The notes under the pieces: generated by a model | The model's database searches: none | What the model saw: the letters and a program-made list of their open reading frames with translations, nothing else | Told to the model about the DNA's origin: nothing | NCBI GenBank assembly: GCA_002633005.1 | Contig: NMRA01000075.1 | Coordinates: 127,615 to 191,614, forward strand | Reading direction: 5' to 3' | Length of the DNA stretch: 64,000 nt | Source: Phoronis australis | Taxonomy: Eukaryota; Animalia; Phoronida | In this document: positions 1 through 11,884 of the stretch, one piece after another | How positions within the stretch are numbered: the stretch's first letter is position 1 | Layout: the number at the start of each line of letters is the position of its first letter | Made by a program: the position numbers and the translations under genes

Positions 1-2173
1 CAAATGGAATCTGGGAGAAATTTAGGGGGGGCATGGCCCCCTTGCCACACCCGCCCCTTAAATCCACCACTGCTTCATGCGCCGAGCCGTTCCAAGGAAT
101 AACAAACTGGCAATTATTTGCAAGTCCAGAAAGCACCTTTTATTTGAATAAGGAACGATTTGAAACCAATTTTAAGGTTATAGGTGGTCTATAAACTCAA
201 AAGTTCGCTTTCCAACGGAAAGCGGGGCATACCTGTTAAAACAAAATGTTCGAATACATTAAACGTCGGCAAGTAAAAGTCATTCCGTCAGAACTGCACA
301 ATGAGGTTCAAAATACGAAAAGGCGAAGAGTCAAAAGCAATTTAGATCTAACCTGGCTTGGCTGGGTATTCTCCTAGGATCGTTTAACTTTCTGGACCAA
401 AATAACCTCTGGTGTCAAAATGTCCCCAAGTACCCTCATAACGGATTTTACGACAAAATATCCTACGATAGAGCTGATTTATATATCATATCTTTCAGGA
501 ACCCCCCATAGTTTGAGTGTGTTCCTCTGGATTGCATTACGAAAACATGCCAGATGATGGAGTATATACCAGATAATTTATAGAATACCACTTTTGCAAA
601 TTGTAGCCATGTCAAGGGCATATAGTACTTGATAGCCAGATTCCACGCTGTTGCATTGCCACAGTGTTTTTAGTCATGAGACATCTGCGCAAAAATGACG
701 AGAAAAATATCAATCAACTTGCAACTTTATGCACACAATAATGTCAACACTACCACTACTAGGAAAATAGAAATGTCACGTGACTAAAAATGGTTGCAAT
801 ACACTGGCCACAAAAGATGTTTAACAACGCCGCTAACGTTAAATATTTTTTTTTCTTCGGAGTGTTTCCATGGATTTTAGTATTTTAGGACATTTCGTTG
901 CTGTTGACTATTCTGGTTAGCTTTCCCTGTTTGTAAAAGTACAGGCTAGGTAGGACCCTAGAAAAATTTCCAAATCTGGCTAAATTTGGAACATCCCTAG
1001 ACTGGTGCGCTTCAGTTGGGGCAAGAATTCTGTTATGGAACAGGAAGAACGAAATCTATCACAACCTAAGTGACCCATCTCTTCAGTGGCTGCCATTTTG
1101 TAAGTCAATCGCGGTGAGCTCAGGAGCATTCGCACAAAACACTCGCCTTTCAAACAGGTGATTTTGCGAGGTCGTACACTATCTTGCTTTTTCACACATT
1201 CTTGGGTTTGCCAACTGCATCCCTGGCCAACTCAATACAATGTGACCTAGCTTGCTCGAGCTAAAACATTAGGTTAAGCACTGCTTTCATTTGAAATAAT
1301 TACGCATGTTCTATTCAGTGAAAATGGCAATTAATACAATTAAATAGGTTTATTTAATAGACATGTGACATCGAACTATTATGATTTATGCTGCCTTGTA
1401 TCCGAAGGTGAGGAATTAACTAAATTTTAGTGCAAAACATCTTTCACATACAACAGTTAAGAAACAAGTCAACAAATATTTTTGTCTCGTTAAGACAATG
1501 GCACGTGAAAATATTCCATCTATGTTTCCCACCAACGTCTACAAGTTAGATGCCTTTGTAGAAAAATTGTCAATTTTTTAAATTACTGAACGCACTTTTC
1601 ACTGTTACACTGTTACCAGTCGCAGAACAGTAAAAGTGTTTCAGTATGCAGTAATGCCACAACAGCGACGGAATTCTCACTAGATCTATTCCTTTTTATA
1701 ACCCAAGGCAATGAGACAAATGTCAAGTTTGCCTTTTTTTTGCCAAATCACATAAGAATAAATACTCTCAACAAATCATTCATGGTACCAGTGATATCAG
1801 GCAGAATCTCAAAGGGACACTATCGGTAAGGAAAGTTATTTACCAAGATGAGTATCAGCACGGAATAGGACATGTCACCCCGTGGTCACAGTCCAACACT
1901 CGGCTGGTGGAGCTAGACCACACTCAATAAATTCCATATTTAACTTGTAAAATCAAATGGCTGGCAGACAATGACGAGAATTGCCAATTTGTAATGACCT
2001 CAGAGAAACAGCGGTTTTTTTTTGTTATATAGCTTGGGTAAACACTATTAACTTCAAGAAACCAATCTCATCCAAAAATACCAACAATGCATTGCATTTT
2101 TGGCTGTTCAACCGATAGTGTGCCTTTAAGCGTCTCTATTTCCAGCATCAGTTGTCATGTTGTGACTCCTCCA

Positions 2174-2325
2174 TCACCCGCACAGCACGTATCTCGTCAG
2201 ATTGCCCCCGCGAACTTCACGTAACCTTCCACAGTGGCGCAGTATGGTTAGTATGGTGCGTGTCGTCGCGTCCATCTTCAATGATGAGAACGCCTTCATA
2301 TCGCCGTCGGTAATGAAGTACAGGC
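2174..2325 (-). CDS. SKA1: SKA1 coding exon 5 (C-terminus, stop)
   Basis: GLYFITDGDMKAFSSLKMDATTRTILTILRHCGRLREVRGGNLTRYVLCG* matches the SKA1 C-terminal LRHCxRLxEVRGGxLTRY motif; spliced CDS 798 nt = 265 aa; candidate AATAAA on - at 1349-1354. Confidence 0.93.
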
Positions 2326-2370
2326 CTGAGGACAACAAAGAATTAAGGAATCTATTCACTCTTTTGAGGA

Positions 2371-2460
2371 GGCAGTGCGGCATAGTGTGATAGGTTTCCA
2401 CTTTGTACTCGAGGTCATGGGTTCGAGTCCCACTGGGCCACACCACTAGACCTTTGAGTC
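2371..2460 (+). mobile_element. tRNA-derived SINE-like head in the last SKA1 intron
   Basis: A-box-like GGCATAGTG and B-box GGTTCGAGTCC (2420-2430); no intact cloverleaf. Confidence 0.6.
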
Positions 2461-3066
2461 AGGTTTCTAGCTCCTCAGTTTGATTTTAACTAAATATAAA
2501 TAAAACACAGATATGGTTCCAGGTGATCAGTGCAATGGGCCCACATGTGCGGCCTGCGCACATCTGGTACACTGTGTACCAGCCCGCCTGCATGTTATTC
2601 CATTATATTTGGCCTTTTGATAATCAGGGCTTGGAATGACCAATGACAAAAAACGCGGCCCAAATCATGCCCGATAACCAGCCTTGAAATGATCAATGTA
2701 AACCTTTCCCCGACAAAAATCGGGAGGACTAAAAAAATAAAAGAAATAAAAAAAAAACGTTACCACCATCAGTAGCATGCGTCTGCGTCCTTTTAGCTCG
2801 CCCGTCCACTCCCAACCCACACATTTTTGGCTGCAGAGCAGTAGTATTTGTCGCCGCGCTTAACAATAACACGAGACGCCATTGAACATCCCACCACGCT
2901 GTCCCAGATGCCCCGGCAATGTTGAAAATTTACGTTCCTCCGAAACATAAAGAGCAACTTCCGCTTTTCGAGGTGAACGTCGTCTGCAACGCCGCGGTAA
3001 GAAAGGAATTTGCCGCGGAAATTTCATATCAAATCCGATTTTTTTACGCGGAAATATTATAAAAAA

Positions 3067-3167
3067 NNNNNNNNNNNNNNNNNNNNNNNNNNNNNNNNNN
3101 NNNNNNNNNNNNNNNNNNNNNNNNNNNNNNNNNNNNNNNNNNNNNNNNNNNNNNNNNNNNNNNNNNN
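3067..3167. other. assembly gap
   Basis: N run. Confidence 1.
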
Positions 3168-4304
3168 AAAATGAAATAAATAAGGTTTAAAATGAAGTTT
3201 GCTTGTTTTAAAGTATTGTTTTGTGAAGTAGAATGAATAAATAATCATATTCTGCAATAAAAAAATTTGACCTAATTTTAACCGATAGCGACTGTTTGCA
3301 GTCTTGTCAGGAAATAGAGTTTCCGACTTAAGACTCATTTTGTCGTGGTGGGTCACATGTTATATTTTCTGAAAGCAGAAATTCTGTAAAATTTGATTTT
3401 TGACTTTTATACCAATATGTCACTATCAAGGTAGCACCACCCTGCTTTTTAGGAAAATGTAACTACAAAGAAAGGCACATTTATAGCAAAAAACAGGATC
3501 AATAACACGACCAAATTTCATATGATAAAAATGTTCAAAAATGCTGTTGCAGTTTTCGTTCTACGCAACTTTAATTCTTAACCAGTCCTTCTTCATAGTC
3601 CCTCATGCGAAATTGGAAAATTAAAAAAAAATCCTAACAGCGTTTTGGAGAAAAGTGTACAAGGCACAGTATTTGAAAGTTTCATGTGAATCCCCTCAGC
3701 CATTTCGGAGACACGATGTTTCAAAGTTGGCCAAAATTGGGACATTTTTCATAGTCCTACATACCATTAAAAACCATTTATCACAACATATTCTAAAGAG
3801 AAGAACCAGTGACATCACCAACAGACTGTAGATTACAGATTGTACTGTAGTTCTACATTGTTTTGCTATTGTCTGAAATGATAACTTGCACTAGGCTTTA
3901 AATGAAGTCAATGGGAGCAAGATCTAACATTAGGCAGCCAAAATCTTAAGTTTGTATCTTACGACTTCAATGATTGCATTTTAATGTGGTTACGTGCAAA
4001 ATAACAGTAGCCACTGATAGAAATACAACTTTGGTTGCTATGGATTCACATCAGGCTGATGATAAACAAACATCATTCATGGCACCATTCATGGAAAACC
4101 TGATCACTTATCATTGCTCAGTGATAAGAAATGAAATAAATTATAACAATTGATGACAACCCTGCATAAAATATATATCAACCATTAATATGAATTCCTA
4201 CCAATCATTTATATCATATACCATTCCATAAATTCATAGAAATGGATTAAATTTATATAAAAAGGTTTCCTATAAATAACAAACAGCCAAAATTCCTCAT
4301 GCAC

Positions 4305-4480
4305 CTTTTGTATCCTTTGTCTCCTGAAGCTTGTAAGCGTTCACTTTGTCTTGTAGTGAGCCTGATTTGAGCAAAGCCTTCTTGGGCTGCCCTAGAACCT
4401 TGTACTTGCCGGCTACAGATTTGTTGAACTCATCAATGGCCGAGTTCAGCGTATCATACGCCAGGCGACCTTTGATGTAT
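4305..4480 (-). CDS. SKA1: SKA1 coding exon 4
   Basis: YIKGRLAYDTLNSAIDEFNKSVAGKYKVLGQPKK...ETKDTKG; cag acceptor and gtgcat donor, phases 2/1. Confidence 0.92.
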
Positions 4481-4870
4481 CTGCGGAAGGAATGTTAATG
4501 TGTACGTTGCCAAGACAACAAAGGTAGACATTAGTGATTCAATTGTTGGATCTTCCCGTGAATTTGTCCCATAATGCATCGGTTAAATGAGATCAAGCAG
4601 GACATCAACCAAACACATGTGAGTCAATATCGTTCACTTACATTTGGCAAATATTAAAAGATGCCTAGAAAAAATGTAAGTTGTAAGTGAATTGCTTCAG
4701 CATGCACTTCTTACGTTATACATAAATCATAATTGTTACGGAAACTTGACTAGAATTGGCTCCCCAATTCCCTGCCTCTATCACGCGTGGGGCTTAAAAC
4801 TCATCAACAGGTGGCATTATCTAATTTTGCAGGAAGGTTTGTATAAAGATACTGTGTTTCTATAGCTTAC

Positions 4871-5017
4871 TTGGGAACAGCTACAAACTCTTCTGTTGTC
4901 ACATACTGCAGTGAAGGGTAGTAGGTAGATGAAGACGCCTTCTTTTTTGTCTTGCTCACGGAAGAGTCCACATTGGGGTTACTTTTTCTGCTCAATGGCA
5001 TCGGTGTCTGAGGCACA
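4871..5017 (-). CDS. SKA1: SKA1 coding exon 3
   Basis: ttcag acceptor and gtaagc donor, phases 2/2; ends ...LQYVTTEEFVAVPK, the start of the SKA1 microtubule-binding domain. Confidence 0.9.
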
Positions 5018-5893
5018 CTGAAATCAAGAATTAACACTGAAGCCTACAAATATGTACTTTCTTGCCAATAGAAGAAAAACTCATTTGTGCGCATCAAAGT
5101 TCAACATACTGTCATCCCCCTTGTCACCAGCAGCCAACCAGATGCAGAAACCTCTTCTAGCAAACACGGTTTACATTCGTATTGTGTTTTCATTTTTCCA
5201 CAAAATAGTTGACGTTTAGTAATTTTCGTTAAATGAAAGCATGTACTTGTGATATCACTTGCAATTCAGAGGCTTTGCCCCTTTTCACTTTCTGTTAGTA
5301 TTGCATGCTGTTATGCCATCAGCCATGTTCACCCCATTTTCATGATGGGAACCGTGGCAAAGTAAATGGAACACATTCATTCCATCAAGGCCATTCTAGG
5401 CAACCGCATTCAGTCTGAGTGATGCGCTTGAGCTTGGAATTCCACTTGATCTCAAGATCGCACATGCATGAACGAGGAGTGCCCGAGTAAATGTGGCAAG
5501 TTCTCTCAAATTATCACACTCATTTTGACAAAATCTTGTAGTGCACTTCAGCACATCACACGTTACTAAAATAATGTACTTTTTAAACAACCTTTACTGC
5601 CCCTTTTCAACTATTGGGGATCTTATCACCAAAATATAATTTATTGACCAATCACGTATTCCTCCGATTCTGTGACACAAGTTCCAGTAAAGGAAAAAAT
5701 GGATAATTGTGGGGTCAATAACTTTACACTGAACAACATGCCACATCTAACTGATATATAAATGAATATATAATTCCAACTTTAGGCATATGTAAACTTG
5801 ACATTAATTCCAGGTTCAAGCACAACATGAGAACATTTGGAGACTAATCTAGCCAAGTGGAGTCCATGCGTAGGTACGCGTAGCATGAAGTAC

Positions 5894-6003
5894 CTCTCTG
5901 TGGACATAGTCTGTGGTTGGACGGTCTTTGGAAGTCTGGCTGGCAGATTGGTCACTGTGTAGTTCACTTTGTCACTCAAAGCTTGAACCTGACCTTTCAA
6001 CAT
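5894..6003 (-). CDS. SKA1: SKA1 coding exon 2
   Basis: cag|ATG acceptor; MLKGQVQALSDKVNYTVTNLPARLP (resembles the SKA1 NxPxHLP segment); AG|gtactt donor, phase 2. Confidence 0.88.
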
Positions 6004-7216
6004 CTGAGGGGAGAAGACAAAAAGCTCACAAACAGAATTGAAAAGCACCATGTTAACCCATATCTAATGCCTCTTGGCACTTTCTGGGTTGTATATTCAT
6101 TGAATTCTGAAGATTTCGTAATGAACATTAAAAAGCATCATGTTAATGGATTTTACTTTAAAAGAAAATCCTCTGGTGCAGGAAATTAAATTAGTCAGTA
6201 TCAAGTTAGACTGTATGTCGCAATTTGTATTAGATATCTGTTTATAGTAAAATATCACTTTCAGACAAAAACAATCACTAAAGTTACCCCATTTTCTGAC
6301 TGATTGTAGCTATAGTACTGAACATGATGAAGAATTAATTTGATGCAACTTTATCATTTATGAAAAAATGAGAAAAATAGAATCTCCCTTTTCCACCACA
6401 CTGTGTCCTAAATTGGTACTATTTAAAGTACATGAAACCTCTCCCTATAGCTCTTGACATTGTCAGCATTAATATGTTGTTGCCAATGCGAATATTAGGC
6501 TCATGTGCCTGTATTTAAAACAATGCTTGTTTTCTTAGTGAGTTTTACATATGCATGTGCTTAAGATTCACTCGTGAACGTAGGCTGCACTACTTTACAC
6601 ATGTGCACATCATCAACAAAGTTGATCATATTTGTATGCAGTTTGTCAATTCATCAAATTCTGTTGAGCTTAGGAAACGCAATTTCAGGTTGCATGGCAC
6701 TTTAAAGGTTGTGTTGTTTTCTCATTTCTTCGGTCGACACGCAAACCGTTCTTATCACTTAAAGCCTGCATGTTGAGCCATACTGTTGTGCTGGTAGTTT
6801 CCAGTCGAAACCAAGCTAAATTACGATAGTGCATGTTACCTCAACATGCAACCAAGGTACTCACTCAATGAGCATGGCCATACAGAGAGGGTTTTGTTAT
6901 TTAGCTAAACGTACGGTACAAACACGTTACTGTTGCTGAGTACACTACCTGGAATGTTCATTGATACTCCTGATGAGCTGTAAGTTGCAGTTGTTAAAAA
7001 ACACATAATAATACAGTAATAAATATTATAAACCAAATATGATACACGTACAAGTTATTACAATTGTTGAAAACACAAATACACAGTAGCAAATTGCAAT
7101 AAATTACATTCCAGTGTGACACGGTCAGTATTCTGGATCTAGAACACGTCATAAGTGAGAAAAGGGTGATAAGACCTAAACTGCAGTCAAGTAATTGGGC
7201 ACTTGAATAGAACTAC

Positions 7217-7429
7217 CTCAGCTCTGGTAAGTTTTTCCCGCTCCTTCTCTATGGCAGCTCTGAGGAGGGCCATTAGAGCCTCCATCTCGTGAACGTCTTT
7301 TTGCAGGCTTCTCATAACGTGCATCACGTCCTCATCTTGGACAGAGTTGCGTATCACCAGGCACGTTTTGATGTTGTTAACTTTCGTGGTGAAATGACTG
7401 GTCAACGCTTGTACGGAGCTGGTGTCCAT
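7217..7429 (-). CDS. SKA1: SKA1 coding exon 1 (N-terminal coiled coil)
   Basis: ATG at 7429 just after a ttttcag acceptor (exon starts 7442); MDTSSVQALTSHFTTKVNNIKTCL...KLTRAE; donor GAG|gtagtt, phase 0. Confidence 0.88.
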
Positions 7430-7643
7430 TCCTTTTAAGTTACTGAAAAGGGAATATTTTGTTAGGTAATTATTGACAAGTCTTCCATTCACCTTTACTA
7501 AAATCCTAATCACCATCAATGATTGTTTAAATAATAAATGTGTACCTATAATCTGAAGAGTGCAATTTTCAATTAATGAAATTGTTGTGAAACGTGCTTC
7601 TGGTGAATATGAGCCTCTTTTAGCCACTCGCTAATGGGTACTT

Positions 7644-7715
7644 GCCTATATTAACTGATGGTTAGCATGCTTGCCGGTTTTATCAGGGTAGCTGGTTCGA
7701 ATCCCGGGTCAGGCA
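7644..7715 (+). pseudogene. degenerate tRNA or tRNA-derived element
   Basis: 72 nt GCCT...AGGCA with T-loop GGTTCGAATCC; the acceptor stem pairs only partly. Confidence 0.5.
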
Positions 7716-8333
7716 ATCTCGACAATTAGTACAAGATTAACTTTGAATTTGAGTCAGATTTTATTTAGACGTTTTTTGTGTGACGACTAGACAATTAACA
7801 CATAGGCTGACATAGCCCATCGGTTGGAGGGCTATCACACTCCGCATCAGTCTCTGTATTAATATCATTCCATGCACTAGGTAAGCCAAATCGGCTCACT
7901 GAATAAGATTTTACCTCATCAAAAAATATTTAATCCTTAAAATTGTCACTTAAAAAGCGCTTACTTTCTTCATCGATCCTTTATGGTTAGAAGTACTTAT
8001 ATCTTGATGACAATGTCTACACTCTACAGTCTACGACTGTGGGAATTACACGAGTTAGGCCATAAGATTAGAAATAAGAGCGAGGCTGAGCAAAGCCCGT
8101 GAACTGGTTGCAAAAAGTAGAATTTGTGTCCTTTTAAATAACTTTTCATGGGGGCAATATCGCCTGTGTACGATACCCTAGACAACCCCGCTGTAAAGAA
8201 ATAAGTAGGTCCAGGCCCAGGGCTAAGCTAAATCAGACAAACACTGAATTAAATGAAACAGCTACGCTAGCGGCTAGCGTCACAGGACTCAGGAGTACAG
8301 CCATTGTAGGCCCGTGCGAGAGTTACCACTTAC

Positions 8334-8460
8334 GCTTTGGTGACACAAAATGTTCTTGTATAAAACTGTTCCCTCTGTAACAACATGAAAGGTGAAAATA
8401 ATAAACAAAAAATCACAAATGGGAAGAAATTTTGATTCGGAAAACTAACATTTCGAAATT
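8334..8460 (-). other. SKA1: putative SKA1 non-coding first exon
   Basis: gtaagt donor on - at 8328-8333; the ATG-containing exon begins with an acceptor, so a 5' UTR exon is required; 5' boundary approximate. Confidence 0.45.
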
Positions 8461-8480
8461 CGCGGAAATTGAAATCTCGC
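8451..8480 (-). promoter_or_regulatory. E2F/CDE + CHR-like element (candidate DREAM site) upstream of SKA1
   Basis: - strand reads TTTCCGCG-AAT-TTCGAAA next to the inferred SKA1 start; SKA1 is a G2/M gene. Confidence 0.4.
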
Positions 8481-8712
8481 AGATCCTCGAGTAAAACGGT
8501 GAAAAAAGCATTATAAAAAACAAAATCAAACAGAGGATTGAAAATTCTTAAATAACCAGAAAATAATCTAAAAATATCAAAATAGAAAGTTTTTGCATTT
8601 TTATATATTAAAACGGTTGTATTTTTCTGAATTTTTAAAAATAAATCTATTTAAAAGTAGTTTATTGAGTAATTTGACTGAGCAATCATTTAGCAGAACT
8701 CCATGTTTCTGG

Positions 8713-8735
8713 GCCGTCATAGCGACGTGACGTCA
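8713..8735. promoter_or_regulatory. RFX X-box-like motif plus full CRE upstream of CFAP53
   Basis: GCCGTCATAGCGAC (reverse complement GTCGCTATGACGGC, one strong X-box half) at 8713-8726, followed by TGACGTCA at 8728-8735. Confidence 0.5.
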
Positions 8736-9016
8736 CAGGTGATTGGAACTGTTGCTTGTTGAAAGATCATCAATCTTTGGAAGATTTGCTATGAAATTAT
8801 CGTCGATTTGCTGTATATTTTCTACATTGCAAGAATAAGAAAATCTGTGTGTCCTACGTTAACTGTGATAAAACGTCGCTGGTGAGCTGACACGCTATCA
8901 ACTGTGTCGGTTCCTCGCTGAGGCACCGCTGTTGTTTGGCTCTGTAAATTGGTCGTCTAGTGTCGTGTTCTATTATAAATTTTTAGACAGGTGAAAAAAA
9001 ACAAAAAACTGCCAAG

Positions 9017-9085
9017 ATGATGGTCCAACGCCGAGTCAGGAAAACCCGAGAATTCAGAGGTCCCGCGCCTTCTGAAGTAGCAATT
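9017..9085 (+). CDS. CFAP53: CFAP53 coding exon 1
   Basis: MMVQRRVRKTREFRGPAPSEVAI (compare the human N-terminal REVKGPTP, recalled); gtaagt donor, phase 0. Confidence 0.85.
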
Positions 9086-9394
9086 GTAAGTATCAAATAA
9101 ACAGCGTTCCTTGATGATTGTGAGGGTTTCTTGTGGAAAGGCTGCTGAATTTGGCACAACAGTTTAACAAGCGTCCAAAGTTAGTTAACTCTGTATAAAT
9201 TTCTCCCCCCTTGTGTGGAGCCTACATGTCCTGACTGGTTTATTACGCTGTCCTCCTATTGAGTCAACAGTATTGAGAAGAGGAAAACAGTTCTCGCATG
9301 ATCAGTGCAATTGTGCATATAGCCAAAGGCACATGTACTCAAGTGGAAATTCAGGCAGTCTACAAAGTGATGTTGTCGGAGACCAAGCAAGACA

Positions 9395-9761
9395 CTAGAC
9401 CGGGTTAATTTGGTCAAATTACATGGTCCCACCTTGTACTTTAAACTCTTTCTCCTGAGTTGCAGTCTGAAAGGTCTGCAGGTTGAAATCTGAATGTTTT
9501 CCACAGTTCTATAGTGATCAGGTCTGCCAAATACGGCTTTCCGTAGGTCATATTTTATAATTGCTCTTTTTATCATTCTTCTTGGGAGTTAAAGAAATTA
9601 AACACTCAAGGAAAATTAAGTCATCTTTAGGTCAAGTCGTAGTTGTCAAATCTCACTATTCAGCCATTCAGATTTCAATGGTAGACTGCAAATCGGGCAT
9701 AGGAGTTCACATGGTCTACAAGATTGGACCATGTAAACAGACCAAGTTAACCCAGCCTGGT
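9395..9761. mobile_element. MITE-like element in CFAP53 intron 1
   Basis: imperfect terminal inverted repeats: CCGGGTTAATTTGGTCAAATTACATGGTCC and GGACCATGTAAACAGACCAAGTTAACCCAG. Confidence 0.6.
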
Positions 9762-10031
9762 GGTTAACTACAACAATGTCAGTTGGAATCTTTTGTGATT
9801 TCTGTCCTGCTTTGCCTCAGTCGTAGCTATGAGATATTTATGCAAGAAAAGTACAGTCATGATATTGCATCAAGATGTTGTGTGCTTGAAATGCTTAGCT
9901 CACAACCCAAGTAGTGACTCTCATGATGTACATAAAATACGTCTATTGTATCAATATCTCACACAATGCACATTTCTTATATGTTGGATGAATGTTGCTT
10001 TTACACTACAGCGAATTTCTTCTCCATTTAG

Positions 10032-10261
10032 CTGGCGCGTCCTACAAATCGTCAAGCTCCAGAAAAACTAATATTGGAAAGCCGGAAGGCTGAAGCAGAG
10101 AGAAATGAGAACATTAAACAGATGGAATATAATAAGCTGTGTGATATTAAGAATGACTGGGAGCGATGGACAGATCGTAAAATACAGTTAAACACGGTGC
10201 ACAGGAGGGTGAAGGGAATGTTACAACAACAGCAGTTTAGTCTGGAAGACAGAAGAGAAAG
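10032..10261 (+). CDS. CFAP53: CFAP53 coding exon 2
   Basis: tttag acceptor; LARPTNRQAPEKLIL...KNDWERWTDRKI...SLEDRRE; AG|gtgcgt donor, phase 2. Confidence 0.9.
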
Positions 10262-11262
10262 GTGCGTTTAACTTGTCATCACGTTTCACAGTGTCCTAAA
10301 CGATTCAATTTTGGGGCCAAATGCCGGTCCCATTTACCTATGAAAAAAATACTAAAAAATTGTGGAAATTCTTCTCACCTGATCCAAAAATTCACATCTA
10401 GTAATTGAAAAATTCGCTCAAGGTTCGATTCTCTTAGAACTTCAAAAAATCAGTTTGCGCTACTTGAGGCATTGCTGATGAGGGGTAGCAGCTGAGGAAT
10501 GTAGTTGGTGGTGGAGTATTTTCCCCTCCAGCAAAAATTACCCTCTCAGAAGTCATAAGCACCGTTTCCCATGCGTGACCAAGGACCCTGTGTTTTCAAA
10601 CTCTTGTTAAGTTACCGGCATATGGTCAGCAGCCATTGTACTCCACATATTTGTTGTCTCGATTTAATAGTTCAAATCATCATCAGGTATGAGTCATGCT
10701 TTTCATCACTTCACAATAACAATTAACGTTTCATCAAACTGCATAATACAAGTGACAAGTGGAAATATGTTCAGTGAAATGACTTCAACTATCAACTGCA
10801 GGTTGAAAGCCCCAACGTTCAGCATGACTACTAGCTCATTAAATCAAAATGCTGATCATGCGAACACCGTTAGCTTCCTATTATGCATCACCTTAGTGTA
10901 TTACATGATATACTCTTTCCATTAACTCTTTTTGGGATGTGTATAATTGTGTCTTTTTATAGTTTAAGACTAAAACTGGGTAATTTGATTTTTTGCTTCA
11001 TTAAATGCTGATATGATTATCTTTGTTATTGCAACTAAAACAGAATTTTATAGAACATCTAGGTGCATTATAAGAATTGCAAATGTAAGTGGGATGGACA
11101 AAATCGTACTGGCTAATTACGTCTCTAGCCAAAATCATCAGAACAGCTTAATTAACAGCTGAGGAATAGTTTATCAAGTGCACTATTTGAAATGATTTAT
11201 GTTCAGTTCGAATGCCTAGTATGTTTTTCGGTCTCTCCTGTCATTGGCTGATGCTTTTCTAG

Positions 11263-11436
11263 GTTAAGACAGTTACTGTCTCGAGAGGAACAAGAGTACA
11301 TAGCTGAGATGGAATCCAAGGAGGAAACGGTTTTAGAACGCCAGGCAAAGATGAGGGAGCGGGCCAAGCAGTTGAAGGAAAAACGAGAACTCGAGAGATT
11401 AGCTGTCGTGGAAGAGAAATTAGATCAGCGCTGGAG
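11263..11436 (+). CDS. CFAP53: CFAP53 coding exon 3
   Basis: LRQLLSREEQEYIAEMESKEET...VEEKLDQRWR; canonical splice sites, phases 2/2. Confidence 0.92.
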
Positions 11437-11884
11437 GTATGAATTGATCGATGTTAGAGGCATTAAGTGTAACCCGGTTTTCTCAGACTTTCTAGCTTAG
11501 AAAACATTACTTTTTGTGCGGCAACTTTGCATTGATAATTTATACCTTGATTTAGAAATGATGAAACCTGTCACTTTGTGTGTCTGAAGCAATATGCCTA
11601 ATGTATCAAGTGGTAACTACATTTGGCATTAGATCACGGAACTAGCTTATATCCATTTTGATTTTGGCACATAAAATAAGGGGCCTCATCTGAATCCAAT
11701 TTTGAGCCTAAGTATCCAAAGTATCATTCTGAGCAAGGCTAAAACTAATACTAATTTTATTCACTTCTCGTGCACATTGGTGGCACTAAAAATCATTTTG
11801 TGCATTGTTTAGGACACAATACCCCGTTATAGCATCAATTTTAACAACGCAAATGTGAAAGCACACATGTTCCAAACATGCAGA

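Noticed and set aside
7644-7715. Functional tRNA gene
   Set aside because: The acceptor and anticodon stems pair poorly; kept only as a tRNA-derived relic.
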